A DNA stretch of 64,000 nucleotides. It comes from Longimicrobiales bacterium (lineage in GTDB: Bacteria; Gemmatimonadota; Gemmatimonadetes; Longimicrobiales; Gaopeijiaceae). The notes under the pieces are model-generated. The model was not told the DNA's origin. It worked only from the letters and a program-made list of their open reading frames with translations, and did no database searches. The stretch spans positions 832,001 through 896,000 of the forward strand of contig CBDFIQ010000001.1 in assembly GCA_965248195.1 (NCBI GenBank). Direction: 5' to 3'. Below are positions 1 through 9,248 of this stretch, in pieces (within the stretch, counting starts at the first letter, position 1; each line of letters starts with the position of its first letter). The translations under genes were made by a program, and so were the position numbers.

Positions 1-77
1 CCGAGTCCGAGGTCGACGCGTGCAACGACCCAAAGCCCCATCTCGTCGAGAGGCTCTAGCTCGTCGCCGCCAAAGGG
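1..77 (-). CDS. gpGT-like -1 frameshift extension (partial)
   Basis: -1 frame after CCCTTTG (71-77) reads PFGGDELEPLDEMGLWVVARVDLGL to the window edge. Confidence 0.7.
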
Positions 78-430
78 TCGTCATCGTGCCCAGTCCCCTC
101 CTCTTGGTCCTCTTGCGTGATCGTCGGTTGCTCGGGCAGAGAATCGACGATCAAAGCGAATACTTGGCTCAGGATGTCCACCAGATTGCCCGGGTGCAGC
201 AACTTCGCGACCGCGTCGATCGTCAGCTCCTCGTCTTCGTGAACCAGAAACGCCCACACCAACTCGGCGACGTTGTCCTCGGCCACATTGTCCTGCAGTT
301 CGCCCCTCAGCAGGCTGATCCCCGTTGCGTTCTTGAACAGACGCATCGCATGCATGTCGCAGCGCAGCGTCCTCTCGCGGTCGAGCACGATCTTCGCCTC
401 GGGAGCAGGCGGCCGAATTGCCTCGGTCAT
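56..430 (-). CDS. Tail assembly chaperone (gpG-like)
   Basis: Directly after tail tube gene; in-phase slippery heptamer C-CCT-TTG near 3' end. Confidence 0.8.
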   Translation of the reverse strand: MTEAIRPPAPEAKIVLDRERTLRCDMHAMRLFKNATGISLLRGELQDNVAEDNVAELVWAFLVHEDEELTIDAVAKLLHPGNLVDILSQVFALIVDSLPEQPTITQEDQEEGTGHDDDPLAATS

Positions 431-443
431 TCTCTTGTGACTC

Positions 444-881
444 CTATGTCCAGGTGACGTCGCCGGAAATTTTCAGCGTGCCAGAAATGGGAAGTACGCC
501 GTCGATCGGCGCATCGCCGACCTTCACGTTGATGAGTGAAGCGACGAACGAAGCGACCGTCGTGCCCGCGTCGGGCCAGATGATCTTGAAGTTGTGCGGC
601 CCACCCGTGCCTTCGCCCTTCGAACGCAGACCGGTCGCATCGTCGTGCGTCGCGTTGGCCTCGTCCCAGAAACCTTCGAACGCGATCTCGCCGTAGGCCT
701 TGACGCCCGTCTCGATGTGCTCGCGGAAGCCGCCGGTCGAGTCGTGCACGGTCGTGTCCTCGGTCTCCGTCAGAAGCTCGATGCCTCCGATGCTCGACAA
801 CTGCACTACCGACGTGAACACCTCGGTCTCCGCGCCGTCGCCGAGTTGAAGCTGGGTTCTTAATGATTTGCTCTTTGCCAT
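444..881 (-). CDS. Phage tail tube protein
   Basis: 145 aa; DTTVHDS..GFREHI.G and C-terminal GTLKISGDVTW typical of tail tube proteins; position. Confidence 0.85.
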   Translation of the reverse strand: MAKSKSLRTQLQLGDGAETEVFTSVVQLSSIGGIELLTETEDTTVHDSTGGFREHIETGVKAYGEIAFEGFWDEANATHDDATGLRSKGEGTGGPHNFKIIWPDAGTTVASFVASLINVKVGDAPIDGVLPISGTLKISGDVTWT

Positions 882-894
882 GAGTCCCTATCTC

Positions 895-1257
895 CTATGG
901 GTGAATAGCCCGATGCCTGATGACCTTGGATTCGTCCAGGTGCTTGAACGGGCAGTCGAGGCATTCGTAGTTCGGATGCCCGGCCCATTGGGTGATGCGG
1001 TAACCGCGCGCTCGATCCTCATCGGTGTCCCGAGACGCCTCGGGTTCCGGATCCTCGGGCTCCGGATTAGCAGCAGCGTCCGGGTCCTGCGCTTCCCTGA
1101 GCGCATCGATCCGTCGCTCGTAGACGGCCGCAGCCCCTTTCCGAGCGTCCTCGCGTTGGAGGGCGTGAGCCGTCTCCTCGTCCACGTCATCTTCCTCGAG
1201 GCGCCCAGGGAGATCCTGTATCGTCACGGTCTCCGGATCGAAAGGCAGATTCGTCAT
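895..1257 (-). CDS. Phage protein with C-terminal C2H2 zinc finger
   Basis: YECLDCPFKHLDESKVIRHRAIH motif; acidic linker. Confidence 0.7.
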   Translation of the reverse strand: MTNLPFDPETVTIQDLPGRLEEDDVDEETAHALQREDARKGAAAVYERRIDALREAQDPDAAANPEPEDPEPEASRDTDEDRARGYRITQWAGHPNYECLDCPFKHLDESKVIRHRAIHP

Positions 1258-1275
1258 TTCTCGTTGTCCCTTTCT

Positions 1276-1728
1276 CTAAGCCGCCGTTTCCTGGTCGTCC
1301 CAGATGGTGGCGAACTCGATTCTGAAGTCTTGGGCTGCTCCACCGTACAGGCTGTCCGCCTCGAAAGTCGCCCACTCGATGCTCACTTCCTCGATGCTGA
1401 CGATCAGCGCGTCCAAAGCCGCGTTCGTCAGGAGCGCCTTCGTGCCCCACGCGACCAGCGGATCGAGCGTCTTGTCCGGCGGATCCGTCGACGTGACGAG
1501 CGTCTTGACCCGATGCTCCACGCGGATCGTGAGCGTGCGTAGCACACTCTCGTCGTGCGTTTCCAGCGCCACGGTCTCGCCCAAGTGGTAGACCGCCATG
1601 GCTGGCATGTCGTCGCGGTCGAGCGGACGGGTTCTCGACCGATGCACCGTGAGCCCCGTTGGTTTGCCGACGGCCTCCAGCGCTCTAACGGCCGCGGCCA
1701 TGATCGTCTCGCGGATCGTGTCGGCCAT
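1276..1728 (-). CDS. Tail terminator-like protein (gpU position)
   Basis: N-terminal RETIMAA, VHRSR, MPAMAVY motifs; synteny. Confidence 0.7.
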   Translation of the reverse strand: MADTIRETIMAAAVRALEAVGKPTGLTVHRSRTRPLDRDDMPAMAVYHLGETVALETHDESVLRTLTIRVEHRVKTLVTSTDPPDKTLDPLVAWGTKALLTNAALDALIVSIEEVSIEWATFEADSLYGGAAQDFRIEFATIWDDQETAA

Positions 1729-2030
1729 CAGGCGTTATCTCCCAGCCAGAGCCGCGTCTCGGCGCCGTCATTCTCGACGCGGTGGTCGGTGATCACGTAC
1801 GTCGTGCCACCCACCACGATCGTCGCGTCTCTATCGAGGTTCGGCAGTATCCCGGTCGCGACGAGAACCGTGCGCACCCGCACCACGGTTGCGAGTTCGC
1901 CACCCTCGAAGCCTTCTTCGTCGCCGTATTTGACCTGGCCGTACGTGGTCACGGCACCCGAGACCACCGTAGTGGCCCCAGGTGTCCGCTTGAGCATGAG
2001 CTCCACGCCTGCGGGGGAGGTGATGTCCAT
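1728..2030 (-). CDS. Head-tail joining protein (gpFII-like)
   Basis: 100 aa, beta-rich, ends DGAETRLWL; synteny. Confidence 0.7.
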   Translation of the reverse strand: MDITSPAGVELMLKRTPGATTVVSGAVTTYGQVKYGDEEGFEGGELATVVRVRTVLVATGILPNLDRDATIVVGGTTYVITDHRVENDGAETRLWLGDNA

Positions 2031-2390
2031 CTACGCCTCGGGCTCGTCCTCGAGATAGGTTTCGATCCGACTCGCGATGCCTTTTCCCACGCCGTCGATC
2101 GACGGCAGGTCTGGGATGTCGAGCAATTGCTCGATCGAGGTGATCCCTGCGGCCACCAGCTTGGCACGCCCTGGAATGTCAGCGGGAAGTTCGCCGCCCT
2201 CTTCTTCTTCGACCCCTCCGTCGAGGTCCGGGGCCGCGCCCTCTTCGACGTCTTGACCTCGGGCCCATTGCGCTGCGCCAACATCGACGAGCCGCTGCGC
2301 CTCCTCCTCGCTCTCGATGGGTACAACCTCACCGGCGGAGTAGTTGACCCCGCCGGCTTTGATCAGGTGCTGTGCGATCACGTCATACAT
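2031..2390 (-). CDS. gpFI-position protein with C-terminal helix-hairpin-helix domain
   Basis: Follows capsid gene; YSAGEVV..EEAQRLV..GAA N-domain; IDGVGKGIA HhH motif. Confidence 0.7.
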   Translation of the reverse strand: MYDVIAQHLIKAGGVNYSAGEVVPIESEEEAQRLVDVGAAQWARGQDVEEGAAPDLDGGVEEEEGGELPADIPGRAKLVAAGITSIEQLLDIPDLPSIDGVGKGIASRIETYLEDEPEA

Positions 2391-2402
2391 CTCGGCACCC
2401 CC

Positions 2403-3425
2403 CTACAGCACGGTCGCGGCGACGCTTCCGTTCGGCCTGAGCGGCACAACGAGCGGCGCGGACTGCGTCATGAGGAACCGTCGGGGCGGATCGTCTTCAA
2501 TCCACGACTTCGGGTAGAAGGGAACGGCAATGTACCCAGCCGCCGGATCTTGAATGGCTCCGAATGCCTGCACGCCTTCGATGTCCGGGCTGGCCATGAC
2601 CACAGTGCCGCTCGCCAGGAACGGCGTCACGACACCCGCGTCGGTCTCATACCAGTCCTGGTACACGAAGATGTTGAACCCATCGATCGTGCCCTTGAAC
2701 GAGAGCCCGCGCTCGCGCATGGCGCCGAGGTTGATCTCGTCGCCGCGTGCCGACCGGTAATCGAGCTTACCGACGACCGCCGCATGCGCGCGAAACTCCT
2801 TCCACGCGCTAGGCTCCATGACCACGTCGATTCCCTCGCCACCCCCGTTCTTGGCGATGTTCGTCGCCCAGTCCTGGAGGTCGTCCAACGGCACAGCTGT
2901 TTGTGCGGACCAGAGGGCCGCGCCCGAAAGAGTGACGGTGTGGTCTACGTGCCGCCCGTAATTCACGACGACGGTCTGGTAGTCGTCACCGGAAATCGTG
3001 ACAGATCCAGTGACCAGTATTTGCGCGGCCATCCATTCGAGGCGGTTGCGGATCAACTGAACGTGCGCCTCCTGTTCCATCACGAGGATCGCCGCTTCAC
3101 GGTCTGCGGCGGACATCTCACCCCCGCCGATGCGTTCGCCCATGAACCTTTTCAGGGGCCTGTTGGGATCGAGGGGCGTTTTCGGCTTCACATACGCCGG
3201 CTTGAACGTCTTGGTCGTGTAGCCGCGCTGCTGCATTACTTTGCCCGCGACCACGGGACTGACGAACGGTGCGAGCTTCTTGGCGCCGTCGATCAGGTCG
3301 AAATGGATCTCCTCAGCCTGGTCCATTTGGACCGTCGGGAAATACCGATCGAGGAGAGCGCTCTTGGGGACAGCAAGGTCCGCCAGAACCCCCAGGAGCA
3401 CGTCGGTGGAATACAAATCAGGCAT
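2403..3425 (-). CDS. Major capsid protein (lambda gpE family)
   Basis: 340 aa; LAPFVSP, FKPAYVKPK, RLEWMAAQ, MTQSAPL motifs. Confidence 0.95.
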   Translation of the reverse strand: MPDLYSTDVLLGVLADLAVPKSALLDRYFPTVQMDQAEEIHFDLIDGAKKLAPFVSPVVAGKVMQQRGYTTKTFKPAYVKPKTPLDPNRPLKRFMGERIGGGEMSAADREAAILVMEQEAHVQLIRNRLEWMAAQILVTGSVTISGDDYQTVVVNYGRHVDHTVTLSGAALWSAQTAVPLDDLQDWATNIAKNGGGEGIDVVMEPSAWKEFRAHAAVVGKLDYRSARGDEINLGAMRERGLSFKGTIDGFNIFVYQDWYETDAGVVTPFLASGTVVMASPDIEGVQAFGAIQDPAAGYIAVPFYPKSWIEDDPPRRFLMTQSAPLVVPLRPNGSVAATVL

Positions 3426-3442
3426 GGTTCAAGTCTCCAGGG

Positions 3443-3814
3443 TTATGGCGTGACGGAAGGAACGAGCTGGATGCCCTTGGCGCGCAGATCCTCGCGGACG
3501 CTCGCCGCGGTATGTCCAGTCCCGAACGTGATCTCGTTTTCGTCGAAGTCGCCGCGTACGTACGCCATGGTGCTGACGTCGGCCGCGCTTGCGTCGGTGT
3601 CCTCAGCCAGAACACCCACTGGGACCTCGGAACCATCAACGGCGGCGGAGAGGGACAAGATGTATTTGCCGGACGCCGTTACTTTGCCGAGCAGTGCCCC
3701 GCGAACCTGATTCTGGCCACTGAGTAGGGTGATTTGCTCGGAGAGGAGTCCGACCCCGTCGCTGGCGACGAGCCGGTCCGGATTGCTGGTCTGGCTTGCA
3801 AAGCTGGCTGGCAT
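3443..3814 (-). CDS. Head decoration protein (gpD family)
   Basis: RGALLGK, DGSEVPVGVLAED, GDFDE motifs; position. Confidence 0.9.
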   Translation of the reverse strand: MPASFASQTSNPDRLVASDGVGLLSEQITLLSGQNQVRGALLGKVTASGKYILSLSAAVDGSEVPVGVLAEDTDASAADVSTMAYVRGDFDENEITFGTGHTAASVREDLRAKGIQLVPSVTP

Positions 3815-3823
3815 GGTATCCTC

Positions 3824-4237
3824 CTATGCCGTGATGGCGGGCGCGTCGCCCTTGAGGGATCGGTGCACGGCCAGGATTCGCTGGACCGTCTTCTGGGTGT
3901 CGTTCGACTCCACGTCGGCGGACGGGGCCGGCGCGTCGAGTTCGGCTTCGGCGCCGGCTCGTTCTGCGAGGTGAGCGGCCGACCGCGCTTCCTCGGTTGC
4001 TTTCTGCGCGGCGAGCACCCGGATCGCGGCCTCACCTGCCGTGATTCCGTCTGCGATACACGCGGTTTTCACGTCGGCCGATCCGGGAAGCGCTTGGATG
4101 GTCGCGATCCTCTCGCGCTCGTTGGTCGCACCCTCCGCCCGTATCGCGGCTACGAGGTCCGCGTGGTTCGCGTCGAGATTTGCGCGGTCGATGACCGGCT
4201 GCTGTTCGGCGGCCGGCTCTTGAGCTTTGTCGCTCAT
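3824..4237 (-). CDS. Nested in-frame scaffold protein (Nu3-like)
   Basis: Internal ATG (MSDKAQEP) with AGGAG 6 nt upstream; ERERI motif. Confidence 0.6.
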   Translation of the reverse strand: MSDKAQEPAAEQQPVIDRANLDANHADLVAAIRAEGATNERERIATIQALPGSADVKTACIADGITAGEAAIRVLAAQKATEEARSAAHLAERAGAEAELDAPAPSADVESNDTQKTVQRILAVHRSLKGDAPAITA

Positions 4238-5149
4238 GGGTTGCTCCTGTTGGAGTGGTTCGTCTAGGGCGAGAGCATTTCCGACGGCCGGCCGGAGACC
4301 GGCGGTGCCCCGAGGGCGCCGGTCCTGCATTTGAGAAATCACGTCTTCGAGGGTGCCCACCGAGTGGGCCATGCCCACCTCGACGGCACGCTGGCCGACG
4401 AGTACGCCACCCTGACCGAATTCAGCGAGCACGTGATCGACGCTGACGCCCATGTTGCGGGCGGCGCTCTCTACGAAGACTTGAGCTATGTCGTCGACGA
4501 CCATCTGGATCTCCGAGTGTGCCTCGGCGCGCTCGGATCGATCCTCAGAGAACGGGTCGAGGCGCTTCTTGGGGCTCTGCGATGACACGAACTCGATCGA
4601 GCGAATGCCTTGAGCCGCGTCTCTGGCGGAGTCGTCTGTGACGCCTATGACCGTGCCGACCGAGCCGAGTATGGCGGTCGGCGACACAATCACACGCTCC
4701 GCGGATGTGGCCAGCCAGTAGGCCGCGGACGCGCCGAGGCCGGAGACGAAGGCGGCAGTCGGCTTCAGGGCGCGTGCCTGATAAATCATTTCCGAGATTT
4801 CGGCGTTTCCGTTCACCACGCCTCCGGGAGAATCGACATCGAACACGATCCCCCTCACCTCCGAAGAACGGAGCGCCTCACCTAGATCCGTGGCGAGAGC
4901 CTCGTAGGATGTCGCGCCGCTGATCCGGGTAAATAGGTTCGCGTAGCGGAACAGGGGCCCAGAAACAGGGATCACCGCGACGCCTTCACGGACACGCACG
5001 GTGCGTGTGTTGTCGAGTGGCCGGCCGAGTTCACGCTCGATCGCCTCGACGGACCGGGTTTCTCTGGCCGCGATCTCGAAGATGGCATCGAGCGCGGCCT
5101 CGGTGATGCCCCACGGCTGACTGGCGATGTAGTCCAGTACCCGGCTCAT
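3824..5149 (-). CDS. S49 prohead protease/scaffold (gpC-like)
   Basis: DVDSPGG, ASAAYWLA, GSVG motifs. Confidence 0.93.
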   Translation of the reverse strand: MSRVLDYIASQPWGITEAALDAIFEIAARETRSVEAIERELGRPLDNTRTVRVREGVAVIPVSGPLFRYANLFTRISGATSYEALATDLGEALRSSEVRGIVFDVDSPGGVVNGNAEISEMIYQARALKPTAAFVSGLGASAAYWLATSAERVIVSPTAILGSVGTVIGVTDDSARDAAQGIRSIEFVSSQSPKKRLDPFSEDRSERAEAHSEIQMVVDDIAQVFVESAARNMGVSVDHVLAEFGQGGVLVGQRAVEVGMAHSVGTLEDVISQMQDRRPRGTAGLRPAVGNALALDEPLQQEQPMSDKAQEPAAEQQPVIDRANLDANHADLVAAIRAEGATNERERIATIQALPGSADVKTACIADGITAGEAAIRVLAAQKATEEARSAAHLAERAGAEAELDAPAPSADVESNDTQKTVQRILAVHRSLKGDAPAITA

Positions 5150-6792
5150 GGTGCGCTGCCCGCTGTGAGGAGTAGGGCGTCGGCATCGTCCCCTTCCTTG
5201 GGGCCCGCCAGTGCGGCCACGGGCGCACTCCCGATTCCGGCCTCAGCACGCAGCGCTTCCTCGCGCCGGAGCTGGCGGTGGTTTTCGAGGAACGTCGAGC
5301 CGTTCGTCTCGCGAGCCTCCCGGTCGCGCGTCGAGATGCCGAGTTCGACGCGCTTGTCGGCTGCATTCGCTTCCTTGAGCGGATCGATTTGCGGCATCGC
5401 GTCGCCGGTCCACTGCGACCCGAGCCATGCGCGGCGGATCACGGGAGACTCGAAGAAGCCGGGCGCTTCGATGAGTCCGCGCGCGACGAGTTCGGCGATC
5501 ACGTCCTCGTAGGCGGGCTGACAGAGACGATTCACGAGCCAACGGCGCTGTCTGACGAAGAACTTCCACGCCTCTAGCAACGCGCCACGCGATGCCGAGT
5601 AGCTCGACTGGAAGTGCTTAATCAGAATTTCGAACGGAAGCTCTAGCGCAACACCGACCTGGCGAAGAATCGCCATCACGAACGGATCGAATGCCGCGTT
5701 CGGGCGACCGGGGTTGGCCGTCTCCACGTCTTCGCCGGGAGCGAGATCGACGACTAAGCCGTTGCCGAGGAATACGTCGCCCGCGTTCGCTGGTGTGGCG
5801 TCAGCGTCTTCGATGCCCATGAGCGGCGAAGCATCCGCACCGAGCTCGGATTTTACGAACACCGTGAACATCGAGGAAATGACAGCGGCCATCAGCTCCG
5901 ACTCGCTGTATCGCTCCAGTTGCTTGAGAGCCTGGATCACGGGCGCGAGATAGGGGACGCCGCGACGCTGGCCGGGCCGCTGCTTGTGAAACAGAAGTTG
6001 TGCTAGGCGTTGGCCCGTTTTCGGATCGCGGGTCGGGACGGGGTTCCACCTTGAGAGCGGCCTAAATCCAAGTGTGTCGCCAGGATGTGCGGTTTGAACC
6101 CAGTAACTGATCGGGCGTCCGTCCGCGTCTATCTCGACGCCGCCGGATACGCGCTCCGTGTCCGGCTTGTAATCGGGATTTGAGACCCGGTCTGCCTCGA
6201 CCAATTGGAGCTTGGTGCCGAACGCATCGCCACGGCTCGGTCGAGTCGTGGCCGGGTCCCAAAGAAAGCGCCGGATTCGCAGCACGTCGCCCGACTCCAG
6301 CACCGCCCGGAACGCGAGGGATTGGAGTTGCCCGAAGGTCAACTCGGATTCTATGTCGCACTCGGTGGTCTCCGACCACAGGTTCCACCACCGGAGTGCT
6401 TGCTTCTCCCATGCGTCGGCCTGCTCATCGCTGAGCCCCAAAACGTCCTGATCGATGTGTGGCTGACAGGTGAGCCCAGCGCCGACGGTCGATGTCACGG
6501 TCGTGTTCAGCGCACCGGCCGCTAACGGGTTGTTGCGGACCTGATCCCGTGACCGGGCACGCATCTTGTCTAGGCCGGGATTGACATCGCCTCGCGCCGA
6601 TCGCACCAGGGGGTTGTAGCGCTGGAGCGCCTTCTTGTCCGATTTGCCTGCGTCGTATCCACCCCCGTCGAGGCCGAACAGGAAACCGAGTCCGGCCCGC
6701 GCCCGCAGTCGGTCCATCGCTCTCGCTGGGCTCACATAGCCGACCACGCGGTCGAGAAGATTCAGCTTCAGTGGGGGCACGCGGATCTCCAT
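5146..6792 (-). CDS. Portal protein (lambda gpB family)
   Basis: RARSRDQVRNN, RPGQRRGVP, SYSASR, IDPLKE motifs. Confidence 0.95.
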   Translation of the reverse strand: MEIRVPPLKLNLLDRVVGYVSPARAMDRLRARAGLGFLFGLDGGGYDAGKSDKKALQRYNPLVRSARGDVNPGLDKMRARSRDQVRNNPLAAGALNTTVTSTVGAGLTCQPHIDQDVLGLSDEQADAWEKQALRWWNLWSETTECDIESELTFGQLQSLAFRAVLESGDVLRIRRFLWDPATTRPSRGDAFGTKLQLVEADRVSNPDYKPDTERVSGGVEIDADGRPISYWVQTAHPGDTLGFRPLSRWNPVPTRDPKTGQRLAQLLFHKQRPGQRRGVPYLAPVIQALKQLERYSESELMAAVISSMFTVFVKSELGADASPLMGIEDADATPANAGDVFLGNGLVVDLAPGEDVETANPGRPNAAFDPFVMAILRQVGVALELPFEILIKHFQSSYSASRGALLEAWKFFVRQRRWLVNRLCQPAYEDVIAELVARGLIEAPGFFESPVIRRAWLGSQWTGDAMPQIDPLKEANAADKRVELGISTRDREARETNGSTFLENHRQLRREEALRAEAGIGSAPVAALAGPKEGDDADALLLTAGSAP

Positions 6793-7007
6793 TAGCGCGG
6801 CACCACCTGGCGCGGACCTCGGCCCGAGAGCCTACGCACCCTATTGCGTGCCCGGGAAATCGCCTTCTCGAGGCTATCGAGCGACGAATAGCGTGTCATG
6901 CGACTGTCGATCCGGACCTCTTCTCCGCTCGCGATCACGTCCGCACGTGCAGCGATCAGCGCGTCCAGTTCCGCCTGCGCAGTGTCGATCTCGGCTTGCG
7001 TAGCCAT
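6792..7007 (-). CDS. Head completion protein (gpW-like)
   Basis: 71 aa between TerL and portal; basic C-terminus. Confidence 0.75.
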   Translation of the reverse strand: MATQAEIDTAQAELDALIAARADVIASGEEVRIDSRMTRYSSLDSLEKAISRARNRVRRLSGRGPRQVVPR

Positions 7008-7029
7008 CGGTCTCCGTAGCTACAACGCG

Positions 7030-7067
7030 AAAAAGCCCCCTCCCCAGCGTCTGCTGGCAAAGGGGGC
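7030..7067 (-). terminator. Intrinsic terminator/attenuator upstream of gpW-portal
   Basis: Stem GCCCCCT-TTG-CCAGC / GCTGG-GG-AGGGGGC followed by T5. Confidence 0.75.
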
Positions 7068-7122
7068 CTCACGTATTTGGGCCCAAAGTTTCTGTATGAC
7101 TCCGAGTTTCCCCGGCTACCAC

Positions 7123-7151
7123 ATCCTACGGTGTTTACGTGGGTGCGTCAA
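7123..7151 (-). promoter_or_regulatory. Sigma70-like promoter for head genes
   Basis: TTGACG-N17-TAGGAT. Confidence 0.6.
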
Positions 7152-7377
7152 CACTACATACGGTGGCACGCTGGAAAGCACCCGCCGTGAGCGCATAAAT
7201 CGCATTGCATTGACGGCCGCGGCCCATCTCCCACGAGCACTGATAGGTCTGGACGAGTTCGTGGGGAGCGTCTAGGCCCCACTTCTCGATCTGCTTTGCC
7301 GTGGCCCGTACTCGAGGTGGCGACCCGCAGCGTGGGCAATATGTGTCTAGTCGGTAAAGTTTCGGCGCCGAGTTCAC
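7135..7377 (-). CDS. Small Cys4 zinc-finger protein (Com/Ogr-like regulator candidate)
   Basis: CPRC ... C-x9-C; GTGA overlap with terL stop. Confidence 0.65.
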   Translation of the reverse strand: MNSAPKLYRLDTYCPRCGSPPRVRATAKQIEKWGLDAPHELVQTYQCSWEMGRGRQCNAIYALTAGAFQRATVCSVDAPT

Positions 7378-9248
7378 GAAACCCCCCTGGAGCGGATGCG
7401 ACGACCCTTGGCCACAACCACCGCCGGATTGCTACCTCCGCTCACGATCGCCGCCATCTCCCCGAGCCGCTTCACGACCACGTCTCCCATCGTGTAGAGT
7501 GCCGCAATATTGCCCGCCTCGAGGTCGATACTCTCGTTCCTGGCGCGTACCTGCTTGAACACCTTCCGGAATCGGCGGCCTTGACGGACAAGCCTTAGCT
7601 GCTCGGCCGCGAATTGAGCGAAGTACTCCGCGTCGGCCCCAGTGCGGGTGGGCACACAGAAATGCATGTATCCCGGCCCGCCCGGCTCGGCGGAGCCAGC
7701 GGTCAGACGCAAACGCCTGAAGAGGATCGCCTTGAAATGGTGCGAATCGACCCTCCAGGGCTTGACCTGGTCGCGGGTCTTTCGGGTGGCGCGCGACAGC
7801 GTCTCTCTCAGACGTGAGTCCGAACCTTTCGCCGAGTACACGCCACGCAGCTCCCTACCGCGAACGAACCGGTGCACCCGATGCGGCAGATACCCAGAGT
7901 CGATCATCGCCACGCGGATACGCAGCTTCGCGCCCGACTCGTGGTTGTAAGCTCGAGCAAGGTGATGTTCTAGTTCCGACCATAACTCGTCCTGTTCAGG
8001 ATCACCGTAAATCCTGTGATGGCCGATCAGCCACGACTCCTCACGCTCGCCCCAGCCGCGAATCGAGAGTTCGAGGCGATCCGCTTGGACATCGACGAAA
8101 GCCGTCAATACGCCCACACCATGAGGGATCTCCTCCGGGTACTTCTCGGCCCTGCTAGCGAGATCCCCAGGCTCGAACGCTTGGTCGCGCTCCTCCCACG
8201 GTTCGCCGAGCTGGAGGTTGATGAACGTCTTGAGTTCTTCAGGACTGCGCTTCTTCTCGAGCCATAGCGCCGCGAGCTCCGCCCACGTGACCCACGGCGA
8301 GTAGAGCGCAGAGAGATGGAAGCCGGGAAAGCGCCCCGCCGGGTTCGTGGGGCACCACTCACCGAGCTCGAGCATCCGGCGCTTGTCCACTTCCTCGATG
8401 ATGGCGCCACAGTTCGCACAGACGTAGACCGCCGTCCCCGGTCGATGGAGCGCCTCACCCTCCACCTCCTCGGTCTCCCATTTGACGTTCTTCCACTCGA
8501 GGACCTGGCGATGCTCGCAATGAGGACACGGGACGAAGTAGCGGCGCCGATCCGATGCGAGCCATTCCGGCCAGATGCGGCTCGTCTCGAGGTCGCCAGG
8601 CGAAGAGACGAGCAAGACTTTGCGGTTCCAAAAATTGCGCGTGCGCTGCTCGCCGAGTGCGATCGGGTCGCCCTCCGAACCGACCGAGGAGGGGTATCGG
8701 TCCACCTCGTCGAAGAGCGCGTCGCGTATCGGCCTCGAGGCTAGACCAGACGGAGAATTGGCGCCGACGATCGAGAGACGCCCACCGGTGAACGTCTTGT
8801 GGAGCATCGTATTCCCCGAATCACGGGCTCGAGGATCGGCGATCTTCGCTCGCAGCCGAGCGGTGTCACGGATCATTGGAGTAAATCGGTCCTTGGACCA
8901 AATTTCAGCCATGTTCAACGTCGGCTGCACCACAAGGATCGGTCCGGGATTCTGATCGATGCTTCGACCGACGTAGTTGTTGACGACCTCGGTCTTGCCG
9001 ACCTGAGAAGCGGCGACCCAGCACACGCGCCGCACCAAGGGATCGCCGAGCGTGTCCATGATTTCGCGGAGGTAGGGCACACGGCTCGTGCGCCACGGCC
9101 CCGGCTCGGGAGATGATTCAGGCGACAGTATCCGGTATCGGTCCGCCCATTGCGAAATGGTCATACGCACCGGCGGACGCAGCCTGGCGCGCATCTCGGC
9201 GGCCGCGATCCCATACGCTCGAGCCCTCGACTCCGCAGCGGCGATCAC
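7374..9248 (-). CDS. Terminase large subunit (gpA family)
   Basis: SQVGKTE Walker A, LFDEVD Walker B, CPHC/CANC, VDVQ and IDSG nuclease motifs. Confidence 0.96.
   Translation of the reverse strand: MIAAAESRARAYGIAAAEMRARLRPPVRMTISQWADRYRILSPESSPEPGPWRTSRVPYLREIMDTLGDPLVRRVCWVAASQVGKTEVVNNYVGRSIDQNPGPILVVQPTLNMAEIWSKDRFTPMIRDTARLRAKIADPRARDSGNTMLHKTFTGGRLSIVGANSPSGLASRPIRDALFDEVDRYPSSVGSEGDPIALGEQRTRNFWNRKVLLVSSPGDLETSRIWPEWLASDRRRYFVPCPHCEHRQVLEWKNVKWETEEVEGEALHRPGTAVYVCANCGAIIEEVDKRRMLELGEWCPTNPAGRFPGFHLSALYSPWVTWAELAALWLEKKRSPEELKTFINLQLGEPWEERDQAFEPGDLASRAEKYPEEIPHGVGVLTAFVDVQADRLELSIRGWGEREESWLIGHHRIYGDPEQDELWSELEHHLARAYNHESGAKLRIRVAMIDSGYLPHRVHRFVRGRELRGVYSAKGSDSRLRETLSRATRKTRDQVKPWRVDSHHFKAILFRRLRLTAGSAEPGGPGYMHFCVPTRTGADAEYFAQFAAEQLRLVRQGRRFRKVFKQVRARNESIDLEAGNIAALYTMGDVVVKRLGEMAAIVSGGSNPAVVVAKGRRIRSRGVS

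Noticed and set aside
1782..3710. 642-aa plus-strand ORF (and similar long antisense ORFs, e.g. 54892-56055)
   Set aside because: Shadow frames of real minus-strand genes in high-GC DNA; no recognisable motifs.
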